DNA from: an uncultured Bacillota bacterium
Lineage (GTDB): Bacteria > Bacillota > Clostridia > Christensenellales > UBA1242
Direction: 5' to 3'
DNA length: 36,197 bases
NCBI GenBank assembly: GCA_937889705.1
Contig: CALBYO010000057.1
Location: 1-36,197, forward strand
Position 1 is the first letter of the stretch; each line of letters starts with the position of its first letter. This document shows, piece by piece, positions 1-7,418 of the stretch. Both the position numbers and the translations under genes were made by a program. Under the pieces are notes generated by a model, which did not search any database, had not been told where the DNA came from, and was given only the letters and a program-made list of their open reading frames with translations.

Positions 1-96
1 TATAAAATTTCTTGTTACAGGTATTGCAAACATTAGGCAAGCCACTAAAACTATGCCAGAGAGAATACCTGCACTTATTTTTAAAAATAGTTTCAT
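1..96 (-). CDS. putative lipoprotein, first 32 codons only (continues past left edge)
   Basis: ATG at 96 with SD AAAGGAGG just upstream, abutting the stop of the 691-aa gene. Translation MKLFLKISAGILSGIVLVACLMFAIPVTRNFI has a basic n-region, a hydrophobic core and an LVAC lipobox-like motif. Absent from the ORF track because it is truncated. Confidence 0.5.
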   Translation of the reverse strand, partial: MKLFLKISAGILSGIVLVACLMFAIPVTRNFI

Positions 97-107
97 AGTT
101 CCTCCTT

Positions 108-2183
108 TTAATTGTTTTCAGTAACATCATAGGTTACTTTGTAAGTTGTGTTTGAGTTATAAGTGAATGTTGTTATGTCGGATAGATAAGTGATTGTAGA
201 ATCATCTCTATCAGCAAATCTTAATTGCAAGGTATATTTTTGACCTGCAACAAGATTGTTTGCATACCAAGTATCACTACAAGTTCCAGTTACTTGGTGG
301 GTATGATTAAAGGTTTCCATAAGCTTTCCATCTTCATCATAAATCACGCAAGTAACTAAATACACTTTTGCAGATGATAGATAGTTTCTAATTATCGTTA
401 CATTTGAAGTTGCACTGTATAATTGAAAACACTTGTTTGTTGTTCCACTAGTTGTAAGTCCAATTTTAAATGTTAGTGGGTCATCTGCACCTAGCGCATA
501 GTTAAATAACATTATTTTGTCTGTTGTTGTAATTGTTAATTTACCTGTTACACTCGCAAACAATAGTTGTTTTGAAAGAATTGTGTAATTATATTCACCC
601 ATTTCAACTAGCATATTTTGATAACTCTCTAAAAGAGAGTTGTCATTGAATAAGAATTGATATGTGTGATTATCATTTGAAAGAATAATCTTTACAGGGT
701 TTGTAGATAAATCAATAAGACTTGTGTCTATCGTTCCAACAGGGTTTAAGCCAACTGATGCAATAGTGTAATTATTTAGATAGTAATAATTGAAAGATAG
801 ACTACTTGAAGTTGATTTTATAGTGAACGAACCACTAAAATCTTCAAAAATAAGTGATTTACTATCTATAAAATAGTTCCAAGTGGTATTTTTTGAAAGT
901 AATACATTTACACCTTTACTTAGTTTTTCAAAACTATCAATAATCACAACTTTTGTCTTTGTTGGGTCATCGCAACTGAAAGTTATTTCCACTGGTGAAG
1001 TAAGCAAATTTACATTTGATACATCACTATTTTTTGTGTCAACAAAACTTACAGCAAGTTTTGAGTAACTATATTTAGGCTTAATATCTTCCACTTTTAC
1101 TTTGTCCTTTGTCTTGTCGTCATTTTCAAGAGTGTCTACATAATCTTCATTTTTTGTTGTTGAGCTTATTTGTTTACCTTGCATCCAAGTAAGGTTAACT
1201 GCAATATTTGTGCGATAAACACCATAATATTCGGCATCATCATACTCGGCCTTTTTACTTGCTGAAATTGGGTACTTACTTTGCTCGGCAGTTGGTATTG
1301 GCAAGCATAAACTGTTTGTGGCATCAACAAGTTTAATTGTGTTATATGTTTCGCCTTTTATTTGCTCGTATAGATAGTTATAAAAACTATTTATCTTCAC
1401 AAAACCAGAGTCTGCTGAGCCGATAAGTTCAACATCTTTGAATTTTATGAAATGTGAAGTTGCATTTTTTGCAGTTAAGTTCGCTGCATTTGTCATAACG
1501 AATCTAACCATTTCATCTTGATTTGTTCTAACAGCGTGAGTCCATTTTACAAACTCTTGTGTTTGTCTTGAAACTGAAACTAAATCGTCGTGATTACCAT
1601 TGATTTTCTTCCAATCGAAAACTGTGTGATAAGTCCAATAATATGGTTCTTTATCTAATTCTTGCACCCATTTGAAAGTGCTTAAATCATAGGCAAAAAA
1701 CCATTTCATTCCTGTGAGTGAAGCATAGGTATTTATCATTCCATCTAAAATAAGTCCATTATTTGATTTGTAGAATAAGGTGTTATGATAAGTCCCATTA
1801 TCTTCATAACTAAACACAATATATGAACCAAAATCATGACATTTTAAGTCTATAATTTGGTCCTCGTAACTAGGACACTCGTTGTCATCTTGTGCTTTCT
1901 TTATTTGTTCAAAAGTAAAGCCACCATTTGTGTTTTTCCAGTTGTCTTTTATTGTTTTATCTATTTCTTCAACCTGTTCTTGTGGGGTTGGCATCGCTTG
2001 TGCATGAACTGTGAAATATGTTTTTTGTAAAAAGCCACCACATACTGCAAGCAAGACAAAAACAATGATATATAGAATAGTCATATTTTTGTCTTTAAAA
2101 ACTGTGTTTTGCAGTATTAAAACAATGATTAAAGCAAGAACCAAACCAACAACTGCTCCAACAATCCAGTTAGAAATTGCCAT
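108..2183 (-). CDS. membrane-anchored surface protein of unknown function (691 aa)
   Basis: Track ORF with SD AAAAGGAGA 8 nt before ATG 2183. Two N-terminal hydrophobic helices (IVGAVVGLVLALIIVLIL, ILYIIVFVLLAVCGGFL) are followed by about 620 aa of N/T/S/Y-rich, beta-looking sequence. No Walker A or other catalytic motif seen by eye. Confidence 0.75.
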   Translation of the reverse strand: MAISNWIVGAVVGLVLALIIVLILQNTVFKDKNMTILYIIVFVLLAVCGGFLQKTYFTVHAQAMPTPQEQVEEIDKTIKDNWKNTNGGFTFEQIKKAQDDNECPSYEDQIIDLKCHDFGSYIVFSYEDNGTYHNTLFYKSNNGLILDGMINTYASLTGMKWFFAYDLSTFKWVQELDKEPYYWTYHTVFDWKKINGNHDDLVSVSRQTQEFVKWTHAVRTNQDEMVRFVMTNAANLTAKNATSHFIKFKDVELIGSADSGFVKINSFYNYLYEQIKGETYNTIKLVDATNSLCLPIPTAEQSKYPISASKKAEYDDAEYYGVYRTNIAVNLTWMQGKQISSTTKNEDYVDTLENDDKTKDKVKVEDIKPKYSYSKLAVSFVDTKNSDVSNVNLLTSPVEITFSCDDPTKTKVVIIDSFEKLSKGVNVLLSKNTTWNYFIDSKSLIFEDFSGSFTIKSTSSSLSFNYYYLNNYTIASVGLNPVGTIDTSLIDLSTNPVKIILSNDNHTYQFLFNDNSLLESYQNMLVEMGEYNYTILSKQLLFASVTGKLTITTTDKIMLFNYALGADDPLTFKIGLTTSGTTNKCFQLYSATSNVTIIRNYLSSAKVYLVTCVIYDEDGKLMETFNHTHQVTGTCSDTWYANNLVAGQKYTLQLRFADRDDSTITYLSDITTFTYNSNTTYKVTYDVTENN

Positions 2184-2200
2184 ATTTTATTCTCCTTTTA

Positions 2201-2243
2201 TTAAAAAATTAAATGGGCATAAAAAGTATAATTCTATGCCCAT
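2201..2243 (-). terminator. hairpin plus T-run between the 119-aa and 691-aa genes (partial terminator/attenuator)
   Basis: ATGGGCAT (2213-2220) pairs with ATGCCCAT (2236-2243), an 8-bp stem with a 15-nt loop. On the minus strand it is followed by AATTTTTTAA (2201-2210). Confidence 0.5.
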
Positions 2244-2259
2244 TTTGATAATGTTTTTG

Positions 2260-2619
2260 TTATCTCATAAGCATATTCAATAGCGATTTGTCAGAACTTC
2301 TAAATGGTTTGATTGCACATTCGTAAATCTCGCCATTTTCATCTGCTGAACGAACTGCATAGGTGTTGCCTTTGATAACATTTCCTGTCTTTTCATCTTT
2401 GATTTCATAAGGGTTAGTAATAAGGTCTGCTTGCATATCGTTACCAAACACAATGTCTAACACTGCGAACCCACCTTTATCTGGTGGAGTAACTAAAACT
2501 TTAACATCCTTACCACGAATTTTGCCTTTAATGAAATATGAAAAGAATTGTTTTCCATCTTTCTCAAATATTTCTCTTTCAACTTTTATTTGTCCTAAAC
2601 TTTTTTCTTTATTTGCCAT
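2260..2619 (-). CDS. hypothetical protein, 119 aa (small beta-rich, possibly OB-fold-like)
   Basis: Track ORF. SD TAGGAGGAA overlaps the stop of the upstream 86-aa ORF, suggesting translational coupling. Alternating strand-like pattern, e.g. KVLVTPPDKGGFAVLDIVFG. No family recognised with confidence. Confidence 0.75.
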   Translation of the reverse strand: MANKEKSLGQIKVEREIFEKDGKQFFSYFIKGKIRGKDVKVLVTPPDKGGFAVLDIVFGNDMQADLITNPYEIKDEKTGNVIKGNTYAVRSADENGEIYECAIKPFRSSDKSLLNMLMR

Positions 2620-2628
2620 AAATTCCTC

Positions 2629-2889
2629 CTATTTTTTACCTTTTCCAATAATTTTTGAAAGTTTTTTTGCTTCCGACTTAGACTTGCCTTGACTTATTGC
2701 GTCTTTATACTTATAAAGTCCTGCGTGGTCTGATTGACATTGCAAATATCCGCTACGCAAACCTGCTTCATAATCGGTAAGTTCTTTGCCTTCCTTTTGT
2801 CCTCTCATGTGGACTTTTGATTTTCTTTCTTCGGCGTAGCCTTTAGCCCTTTTGTTAGGGGTAAACCAACGCCTTTCTCTGTTTGCCAT
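2629..2889 (-). CDS. hypothetical small basic protein, 86 aa
   Basis: Track ORF with SD TAGGAGGC before ATG 2889. K/R-rich at both termini. Begins MANRER, compared with MANKEK in the next gene. Confidence 0.7.
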   Translation of the reverse strand: MANRERRWFTPNKRAKGYAEERKSKVHMRGQKEGKELTDYEAGLRSGYLQCQSDHAGLYKYKDAISQGKSKSEAKKLSKIIGKGKK

Positions 2890-3261
2890 AATAGCCTCCT
2901 AAAAATATTTTGTTTTTGCCCGTACTTGCCGTTAGCCAAGCGATTTTAAATATATTAAGTTGTAATTTTGTAATCTTAATTAAAAGGACTTTTTGAAACT
3001 CATTTCTATGCGATATTAAAATCGTAGGTGGCCACCTTTATGAAATTTCACGCTTTAAGAAATTCGCCTTTAATTTGCCTTTCGTTTTTTGATTACACCG
3101 ATATTATACAAAAGCGATTTTCAAAAATGAATGACATCACTGGCAGTATAAAAGCACTTTAAGTGCCCACTTTTTGATATTTTTTGATGTCTATGAAACA
3201 AATAACGAACGATAGAAAAACAAAAAAGAAACAACCAAATGTTGATTGCTTCTTTTCTAAT

Positions 3262-3507
3262 TTATTTCACATATCTTTTTGTGTTTGTATTTGTGTGAAC
3301 TCTTTTCCCATTCAAAAGTATTCTGTCTGAATAGTAATTTTCAAATTGCTTGTCTAGTTTCTTATTTCGCAAATAATAGACATCATCACTATGAATATGT
3401 GTATTACCATCAAGGTCATCTGCAATAAACACATCTTGCTTAATTATATATAACTTTGTGCGGTAAACATTATTTGCATTTTTCATAAAATCTGGTAAAT
3501 TAAACAT
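3262..3507 (-). CDS. hypothetical protein (Tn916 Orf8-like position), 81 aa
   Basis: Track ORF 3262..3513 starts at GTG. ATG at 3507 lies 9 nt after AAGGAGG and overlaps the stop of the sigma-like gene (ATGTTTAA), implying coupled translation. Confidence 0.65.
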   Translation of the reverse strand: MFNLPDFMKNANNVYRTKLYIIKQDVFIADDLDGNTHIHSDDVYYLRNKKLDKQFENYYSDRILLNGKRVHTNTNTKRYVK

Positions 3508-3817
3508 TTTCACATTCCTCCTTTTTTGAAATATTGTTTTTAATAAATTTAATCAATTTACAATTCAAGCGAGATATGTATTCAATGGAATAACCCATTT
3601 TATCAGATAGTGAAAGTTGAGTATTGTTTTGTAAATATAACGAAACATATAAATCATATAGTCTTGGCGATGCCTTACAAACAATGCTGTTATATACTGC
3701 GATTTTTGCAAGAATATCATTTTCTCCAACACTTTCTTTTACACCATCAAATTGTTCTTGTCTTGAATAATAATAACGAATGTCTTTTAAATCTTTTCTA
3801 ATTTCAATTTCTGTCAT
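3500..3817 (-). CDS. sigma-70 region-4-like HTH protein (Tn916 Orf7-like element regulator), 105 aa
   Basis: Track ORF with SD AAGGAG 9 nt upstream. The C-terminal segment LSLSDKMGYSIEYISRLNCKLIKFI looks like a region-4 helix-turn-helix. Size and pairing with a small overlapping downstream ORF match Orf7/Orf8 of Tn916-family elements. Confidence 0.6.
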   Translation of the reverse strand: MTEIEIRKDLKDIRYYYSRQEQFDGVKESVGENDILAKIAVYNSIVCKASPRLYDLYVSLYLQNNTQLSLSDKMGYSIEYISRLNCKLIKFIKNNISKKEECENV

Positions 3818-3856
3818 AATAAAATCTCCTTAAAAATATTTTTTGTTGGAGTAAAC

Positions 3857-3919
3857 AAAAAACACCCCAACGCTTTTGTAGTTCCTTTCACAAAACTACT
3901 ATTCGTCAAGGTGTTTTTT
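3857..3919. terminator. nested hairpin flanked by A-run and T-run (bidirectional terminator/attenuator between KTR and sigma-like genes)
   Basis: AACACC (3861-3866) pairs with GGTGTT (3910-3915), enclosing GTAGTT (3878-3883) paired with AACTAC (3894-3899). A-run at 3857-3862 and T-run at 3914-3919. Confidence 0.45.
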
Positions 3920-4021
3920 CCTTTTACACGAATCTTGCTTACATAATAGAGAAAAAGTTCTTATTTAAGCATTGTTTCAGCTCAGCCTTAATTGTGTTAT
4001 GTAAACGAAAAATTGTTTTTA

Positions 4022-4213
4022 TTAAATTTCTTGCTCTTTGATTACTGTGATATGTTTTTCTTTTGTAGAACATTGCTTACACGATATTACAGATTTACAA
4101 ATAGAGCATTTACCTGTAATCGTTCCATTATGTTTAATTACACAATTTATGTAATTTGAACATTCTGGGCATTTTATTCTTGTCTTTTGCAATAAAATTG
4201 CAGTATTAACCAT
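4022..4213 (-). CDS. Cysteine-rich KTR family zinc-ribbon protein, 63 aa
   Basis: Track ORF with SD AAAGGAG 9 nt upstream. Has a literal KTR motif (LLQKTRIKCPEC) followed by CxxC...C...CxxC...CxxC spacing, typical of the Cys-rich KTR family found on Firmicutes mobile elements. Confidence 0.7.
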   Translation of the reverse strand: MVNTAILLQKTRIKCPECSNYINCVIKHNGTITGKCSICKSVISCKQCSTKEKHITVIKEQEI

Positions 4214-4352
4214 AATAAAACACTCCTTTCCCCTGTAGATAACAAAGGTTAGATTTAATAAACTGTATGTGCAGTTAGGGAATCCAACACCAAAGCCTAT
4301 TACTTTATTATCCTATATAATAACGCAAAACAAAATGATTTGCGGTATTACC

Positions 4353-4952
4353 TTATATGAGGTCTTTTATTACTTTAACAGCCACACCTTGTATTTTAAT
4401 ACTATCAAAATACATATCTTCCATGCTGTCATTTTCTGGATGTAATCTTACTTTACTTTTCTCTCTATAAAATCTTTTGAGTGTTGTTTCGTTTTCTATC
4501 AAAGCAACTACAATTTGACCTTCTTCTGCCATTTCTTGTTGTTTTACAACCACATAATCGCCATTATTTATACCAGCTTTTATCATGCTCTCGCCACTTG
4601 CTTTTAATATAAAATATTTACCACCACCCAAAAATGATTTAGGAATTGGAACATACGCCTCTATATTTTCTTCAGCAAATAGTGGCAAACCACAAGAGAT
4701 TGACCCTAAAATTGGAACTTGAATATTATTGATGGACTTCATCATAGTCTTAGTTAATATTCCACGATTTCCACCATTATTTTCAATCAAACCTTTGTTT
4801 GTCATTTCAGTTATATAATTGCTTACACAACTTTTAGAAATATCCAATGCTTTTGCAATTTCAATAATTGTAGGCACTCTGCCTTTTTTTGAATAATCGC
4901 TGTCTATGAATGATATTATGTTTTCCATCAAACTCGAACTTTTCGTTCTCAT
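4353..4952 (-). CDS. LexA/CI-type repressor: N-terminal winged HTH plus C-terminal S24 self-cleaving peptidase, 199 aa
   Basis: Track ORF with SD AAAGGAGA. PTIIEIAKALDISKSCVSNYI is HTH-like. VPILGSISCGLPLFAEENIE resembles the LexA cleavage loop, with Cys-Gly in place of Ala-Gly. GESM provides the Ser nucleophile and TLKRF the Lys general base. Confidence 0.85.
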   Translation of the reverse strand: MRTKSSSLMENIISFIDSDYSKKGRVPTIIEIAKALDISKSCVSNYITEMTNKGLIENNGGNRGILTKTMMKSINNIQVPILGSISCGLPLFAEENIEAYVPIPKSFLGGGKYFILKASGESMIKAGINNGDYVVVKQQEMAEEGQIVVALIENETTLKRFYREKSKVRLHPENDSMEDMYFDSIKIQGVAVKVIKDLI

Positions 4953-4969
4953 AAGATTTTCTCCTTTGC

Positions 4970-4993
4970 TATCGTGAACTTATTTCCACGATA
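4970..4993. promoter_or_regulatory. palindromic operator TATCGTG-N10-CACGATA at the start of the repressor transcript
   Basis: Perfect 7-bp arms at 4970-4976 and 4987-4993, lying directly between the -10 box and the SD of the S24 repressor gene. Confidence 0.6.
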
Positions 4994-4998
4994 CACAT

Positions 4999-5027
4999 AT
5001 TATATATGGAATATTTTTCTAAGTCAA
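4999..5027 (-). promoter_or_regulatory. sigma-A type promoter of the repressor operon
   Basis: Minus strand reads TTGACT (5027-5022), a 17-nt spacer, then TATAAT (5004-4999). Confidence 0.7.
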
Positions 5028-5060
5028 GAGATATAAAGTAAAATTTTCAAAAAATACTAT

Positions 5061-5276
5061 TTAGGGTGGTCGAACTTTGTCGTGTTTTAATTCTTTTTGT
5101 TTTGCATTGTTATAATATCTTTTTCTATTATAACTTTTTTGTGCCAAGTTTGATATTTCCAATTCCAAGATTGTTGCTAGTAAATCTAATTCATCATCTG
5201 GCATTTGTGTTAAGTTTGGTATTCCATTAACACTAATCTTTAAGCCTAAATCATTTTTAATATCAATTTCTTGCAT
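5061..5276 (-). CDS. hypothetical acidic/basic bipartite protein, 71 aa
   Basis: Internal ATG of track ORF 5061..5405. AAAAGGAG lies 7 nt upstream of ATG 5276, and the longer N-terminal extension has no SD. Sequence begins MQEIDIKNDLGLKISVNG. Confidence 0.55.
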   Translation of the reverse strand: MQEIDIKNDLGLKISVNGIPNLTQMPDDELDLLATILELEISNLAQKSYNRKRYYNNAKQKELKHDKVRPP

Positions 5277-5429
5277 AATGATAACTCCTTTTTTGTTTAC
5301 GCTATCACTATACAGAAAATATTGATAAAACTGAATGACTTTAATTACACTTTGTAAGCACTTTTGTGTCCTACTTTTTGATAAATATAGAACAAATATA
5401 AACATTTATTTGATTTAACTTAACCTTTG

Positions 5430-5441
5430 CCTCCTTTGTCG
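5430..5441. repeat. left arm of 12-bp perfect inverted repeat (CCTCCTTTGTCG, anti-SD-like)
   Basis: Exact reverse complement of 5618-5629, 176 bp away, in the 360-bp intergenic region upstream of the recombinase. Confidence 0.85.
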
Positions 5442-5617
5442 TGTGATTGGTGGTATTTTTTTCGTGCAGGGAGTTTATCAGTAAAGCCCAAATCTCTCAA
5501 AGGAAAATGATATTGCTTAAAATACGAAAATGAAAAAGTTTCAAGACAATATAATTTTCTTTTTCTTTGATATCTTTGTTCTTTCCTGATTGCTTTGTGG
5601 TGTCGAAAAAAAATAAT

Positions 5618-5629
5618 CGACAAAGGAGG
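5618..5629. repeat. right arm of the inverted repeat (CGACAAAGGAGG), containing the SD of the mini-ORF
   Basis: Exact reverse complement of 5430-5441. GGAGG at 5625-5629 lies 7 nt before ATG 5637. Confidence 0.85.
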
Positions 5630-5636
5630 TTAAAGT

Positions 5637-5783
5637 ATGTATTTAGAAATAGTTAATACTTGTAAATGTCAACCAACTTTAAGTTTGTTCAAAAAGTTGG
5701 CTGTTATTGTTGGTGTAATGGCTTTGCTAGGTCATTCAGTTTTTAAAAATATGGTTGTAATCTCTAATAAAAAGCATAATTAG
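5637..5783 (+). CDS. mini-ORF, 48 aa, one predicted TM helix, directly upstream of the recombinase
   Basis: Below the ORF-track size cutoff. Strong SD AAAGGAGG. Translation is MYLEIVNTCKCQPTLSLFKKLAVIVGVMALLGHSVFKNMVVISNKKHN. Its TAG stop (5781-5783) overlaps the recombinase SD TAGGAGG. Confidence 0.4.
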   Translation: MYLEIVNTCKCQPTLSLFKKLAVIVGVMALLGHSVFKNMVVISNKKHN

Positions 5784-5793
5784 GAGGTAGAAA

Positions 5794-7302
5794 ATGAAAA
5801 CAGCGGTTATTTATGCTAGATATTCTAGCGATAAACAAACAGAACAGTCAATTGAAGGTCAATTAAGAGTTTGTAATGAATTTGCAGAAAAACACGATAT
5901 TGTTATCGTGGATACATATATTGACAGAGCTATGACAGGAACAAATGATAACAGAACAAGCTTTCAAAAAATGTTGAAAGATAGCGTTAAAAGAGCTTGG
6001 GATATTGTTCTTGTTTACAAACTAGACAGATTTTCAAGAAACAAATATGAAACAGCAATGCACAAAAAGACTTTAAAAGATAATGGCATAAAACTAATAT
6101 CTGCAATGGAAAATATTCCAGATACACCAGAAGGAATAATTTTAGAAAGTTTACTTGAAGGTATGGCTGAATATTATTCTGCTGAACTATCACAAAAAGT
6201 TAAGCGTGGTCAAAATGAAAGTCGTCAAAAAGGACAATTTACAGGTGGCGTTATGGTTTATGGCTACAAAAATGTAAATAAAAAAGTTCAAATTGATGAG
6301 GATCAAGCAGTAATAGTAAGAATGATTTATGAAAAATTTGCTGCTGGTGTTTATGTTAAAGACATCTTAAAGGAATTAAACGAAATGGGTATTCTAAATC
6401 ATGGTAAGCCATTTGCGAAAAACACACTATACCATGTCTTACACAATGAAAAGTATGTTGGAATATTAAGGCATGGTGATGAAGTATTTACAAATATCTA
6501 TCCACAAATTGTACCAACAAATATTTTTGAAATAGTTAAAAGAAAGTGTGATGAGAATAAATTAGGTAAGCATCAAAATGATGTTGTGTATTTATTAAAA
6601 AACAAGGTTTGGTGTGGATATTGTGGTAAAACGATATCATCCGAATCTGGAACTTGTAAAAATGGAGTTGTAAAAAGATATTATAAATGCACAAACAGAA
6701 AGAAAAACGCCGCTTGTGATAAACTACCCATACGAAAAGAGTTATTTGAACAAATTGTGATTGACACAACAATGAAACTATTTGACAATCAAGATAACTT
6801 AAATCTAATCGCCGACAGAATTATCCTTACTCACAACAAAAGATTAGTTGATGACTCAAAACTTAGTATTTTAGCAAAAGAAAAAATGGAATATCAAAAG
6901 TCTATAGACAACTTAATATCTTGTATGGAAAAAGGTATTGTAACCAACTCTACAAAAAAGAGATTGGAAGATTTGGAATTAATAGTTGAACAGATTGATG
7001 AAAAAATGGCTATTGAAAAAACAAAACAAAAAGTTCAAATAACTCGTGATGATATATTCAAATTTATTAAAACAGCATTAAAGAAATCTCCACAACTTAT
7101 GATAAAACTTTTAGTAAAAAGCATAATCTTGTATGATGATAAAATGGAAATCACATACAACTATGTAGATAAAAAATATCTTGATGATAACGAACACAAA
7201 CCCTTTGAACTGAAAACCGAGAATTTTGAAACAACAATCAATAATACAAAATTCAAACAACCAGCAACAAAAATTGAACTTGAAATTAAATCATATATTT
7301 AA
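5794..7302 (+). CDS. large serine recombinase (phage-integrase/TndX/SpoIVCA class), 502 aa
   Basis: Track ORF with SD AGGAGG. N-terminal resolvase domain has the catalytic Ser motif VIYARYSSDKQ. Also has a recombinase domain, a Cys cluster (CGYCGK...CTNRKKNAAC, zinc ribbon) and a long K/E-rich coiled-coil tail. Confidence 0.9.
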   Translation: MKTAVIYARYSSDKQTEQSIEGQLRVCNEFAEKHDIVIVDTYIDRAMTGTNDNRTSFQKMLKDSVKRAWDIVLVYKLDRFSRNKYETAMHKKTLKDNGIKLISAMENIPDTPEGIILESLLEGMAEYYSAELSQKVKRGQNESRQKGQFTGGVMVYGYKNVNKKVQIDEDQAVIVRMIYEKFAAGVYVKDILKELNEMGILNHGKPFAKNTLYHVLHNEKYVGILRHGDEVFTNIYPQIVPTNIFEIVKRKCDENKLGKHQNDVVYLLKNKVWCGYCGKTISSESGTCKNGVVKRYYKCTNRKKNAACDKLPIRKELFEQIVIDTTMKLFDNQDNLNLIADRIILTHNKRLVDDSKLSILAKEKMEYQKSIDNLISCMEKGIVTNSTKKRLEDLELIVEQIDEKMAIEKTKQKVQITRDDIFKFIKTALKKSPQLMIKLLVKSIILYDDKMEITYNYVDKKYLDDNEHKPFELKTENFETTINNTKFKQPATKIELEIKSYI

Positions 7303-7305
7303 CAA

Positions 7306-7332
7306 AAGCAGGATTAAAAACCCTGCTTTTTT
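7306..7332 (+). terminator. rho-independent terminator of the recombinase gene
   Basis: AAGCAGG (7306-7312) pairs with CCTGCTT (7322-7328), followed by a T-run to 7332. Confidence 0.8.
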
Positions 7333-7393
7333 CATGCAAATTAAAAACTTAAATTACCAAAATTAACGAAATACCACATCACAAAATAAAATT

Positions 7394-7418
7394 TTATCTA
7401 TTACATAGTAATAGATAA
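7394..7418. repeat. 25-bp palindrome TTATCTATTAC-ATA-GTAATAGATAA
   Basis: Perfect 11-bp arms at 7394-7404 and 7408-7418. Flanked by direct repeats TTACCAAAATTA (7354-7365) and TTTACCAAAAATTA (7419-7432). Confidence 0.8.

Noticed and set aside
3040-3162. A 40-codon plus-strand ORF (MKFHALRNSPLICLSFFDYTDIIQKRFSKMNDITGSIKAL) inside the 372-bp gap.
   Set aside because: It has only a weak AGGTGG about 10 nt upstream, and that sequence is half of the palindrome. It runs opposite to all flanking genes and has no recognisable features. I keep it as a possibility only.
4935-4948. CGAAC-TTTTC-GTTC, resembling the Firmicutes LexA (Cheo) box, at the 5' end of the repressor coding sequence.
   Set aside because: The half-sites are separated by 5 nt rather than 4, and the sequence lies inside the coding region. 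The better-placed perfect palindrome at 4970-4993 is the more likely operator.
5075-5085. The 11-mer CTTTGTCGTGT recurs at 5075-5085 and 5434-5444, with a near copy at 5593-5605. This gives two ORFs a shared HDK C-terminus.
   Set aside because: It is short enough to be chance in AT-rich DNA, and one copy lies inside a coding region. I note it only as possible extra binding sites related to the 12-bp inverted repeat.
5277-5405. N-terminal extensions from alternative start codons in several track ORFs: 5061..5405, 3513, 8127, 9479, 9572, 10803, 14236, 26517 and 34129.
   Set aside because: Most of the long forms start at TTG or GTG (5405 and 14236 are ATG), and they lack an SD or lie inside promoters or the upstream gene. 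An internal ATG with a good SD or a family-typical N-terminus exists in each case.
5420-5623. Track ORF of 67 aa in the intergenic region upstream of the recombinase.
   Set aside because: It starts at TTG with no SD, and its peptide is highly basic and low-complexity. It spans the inverted-repeat region, which is better explained as regulatory.
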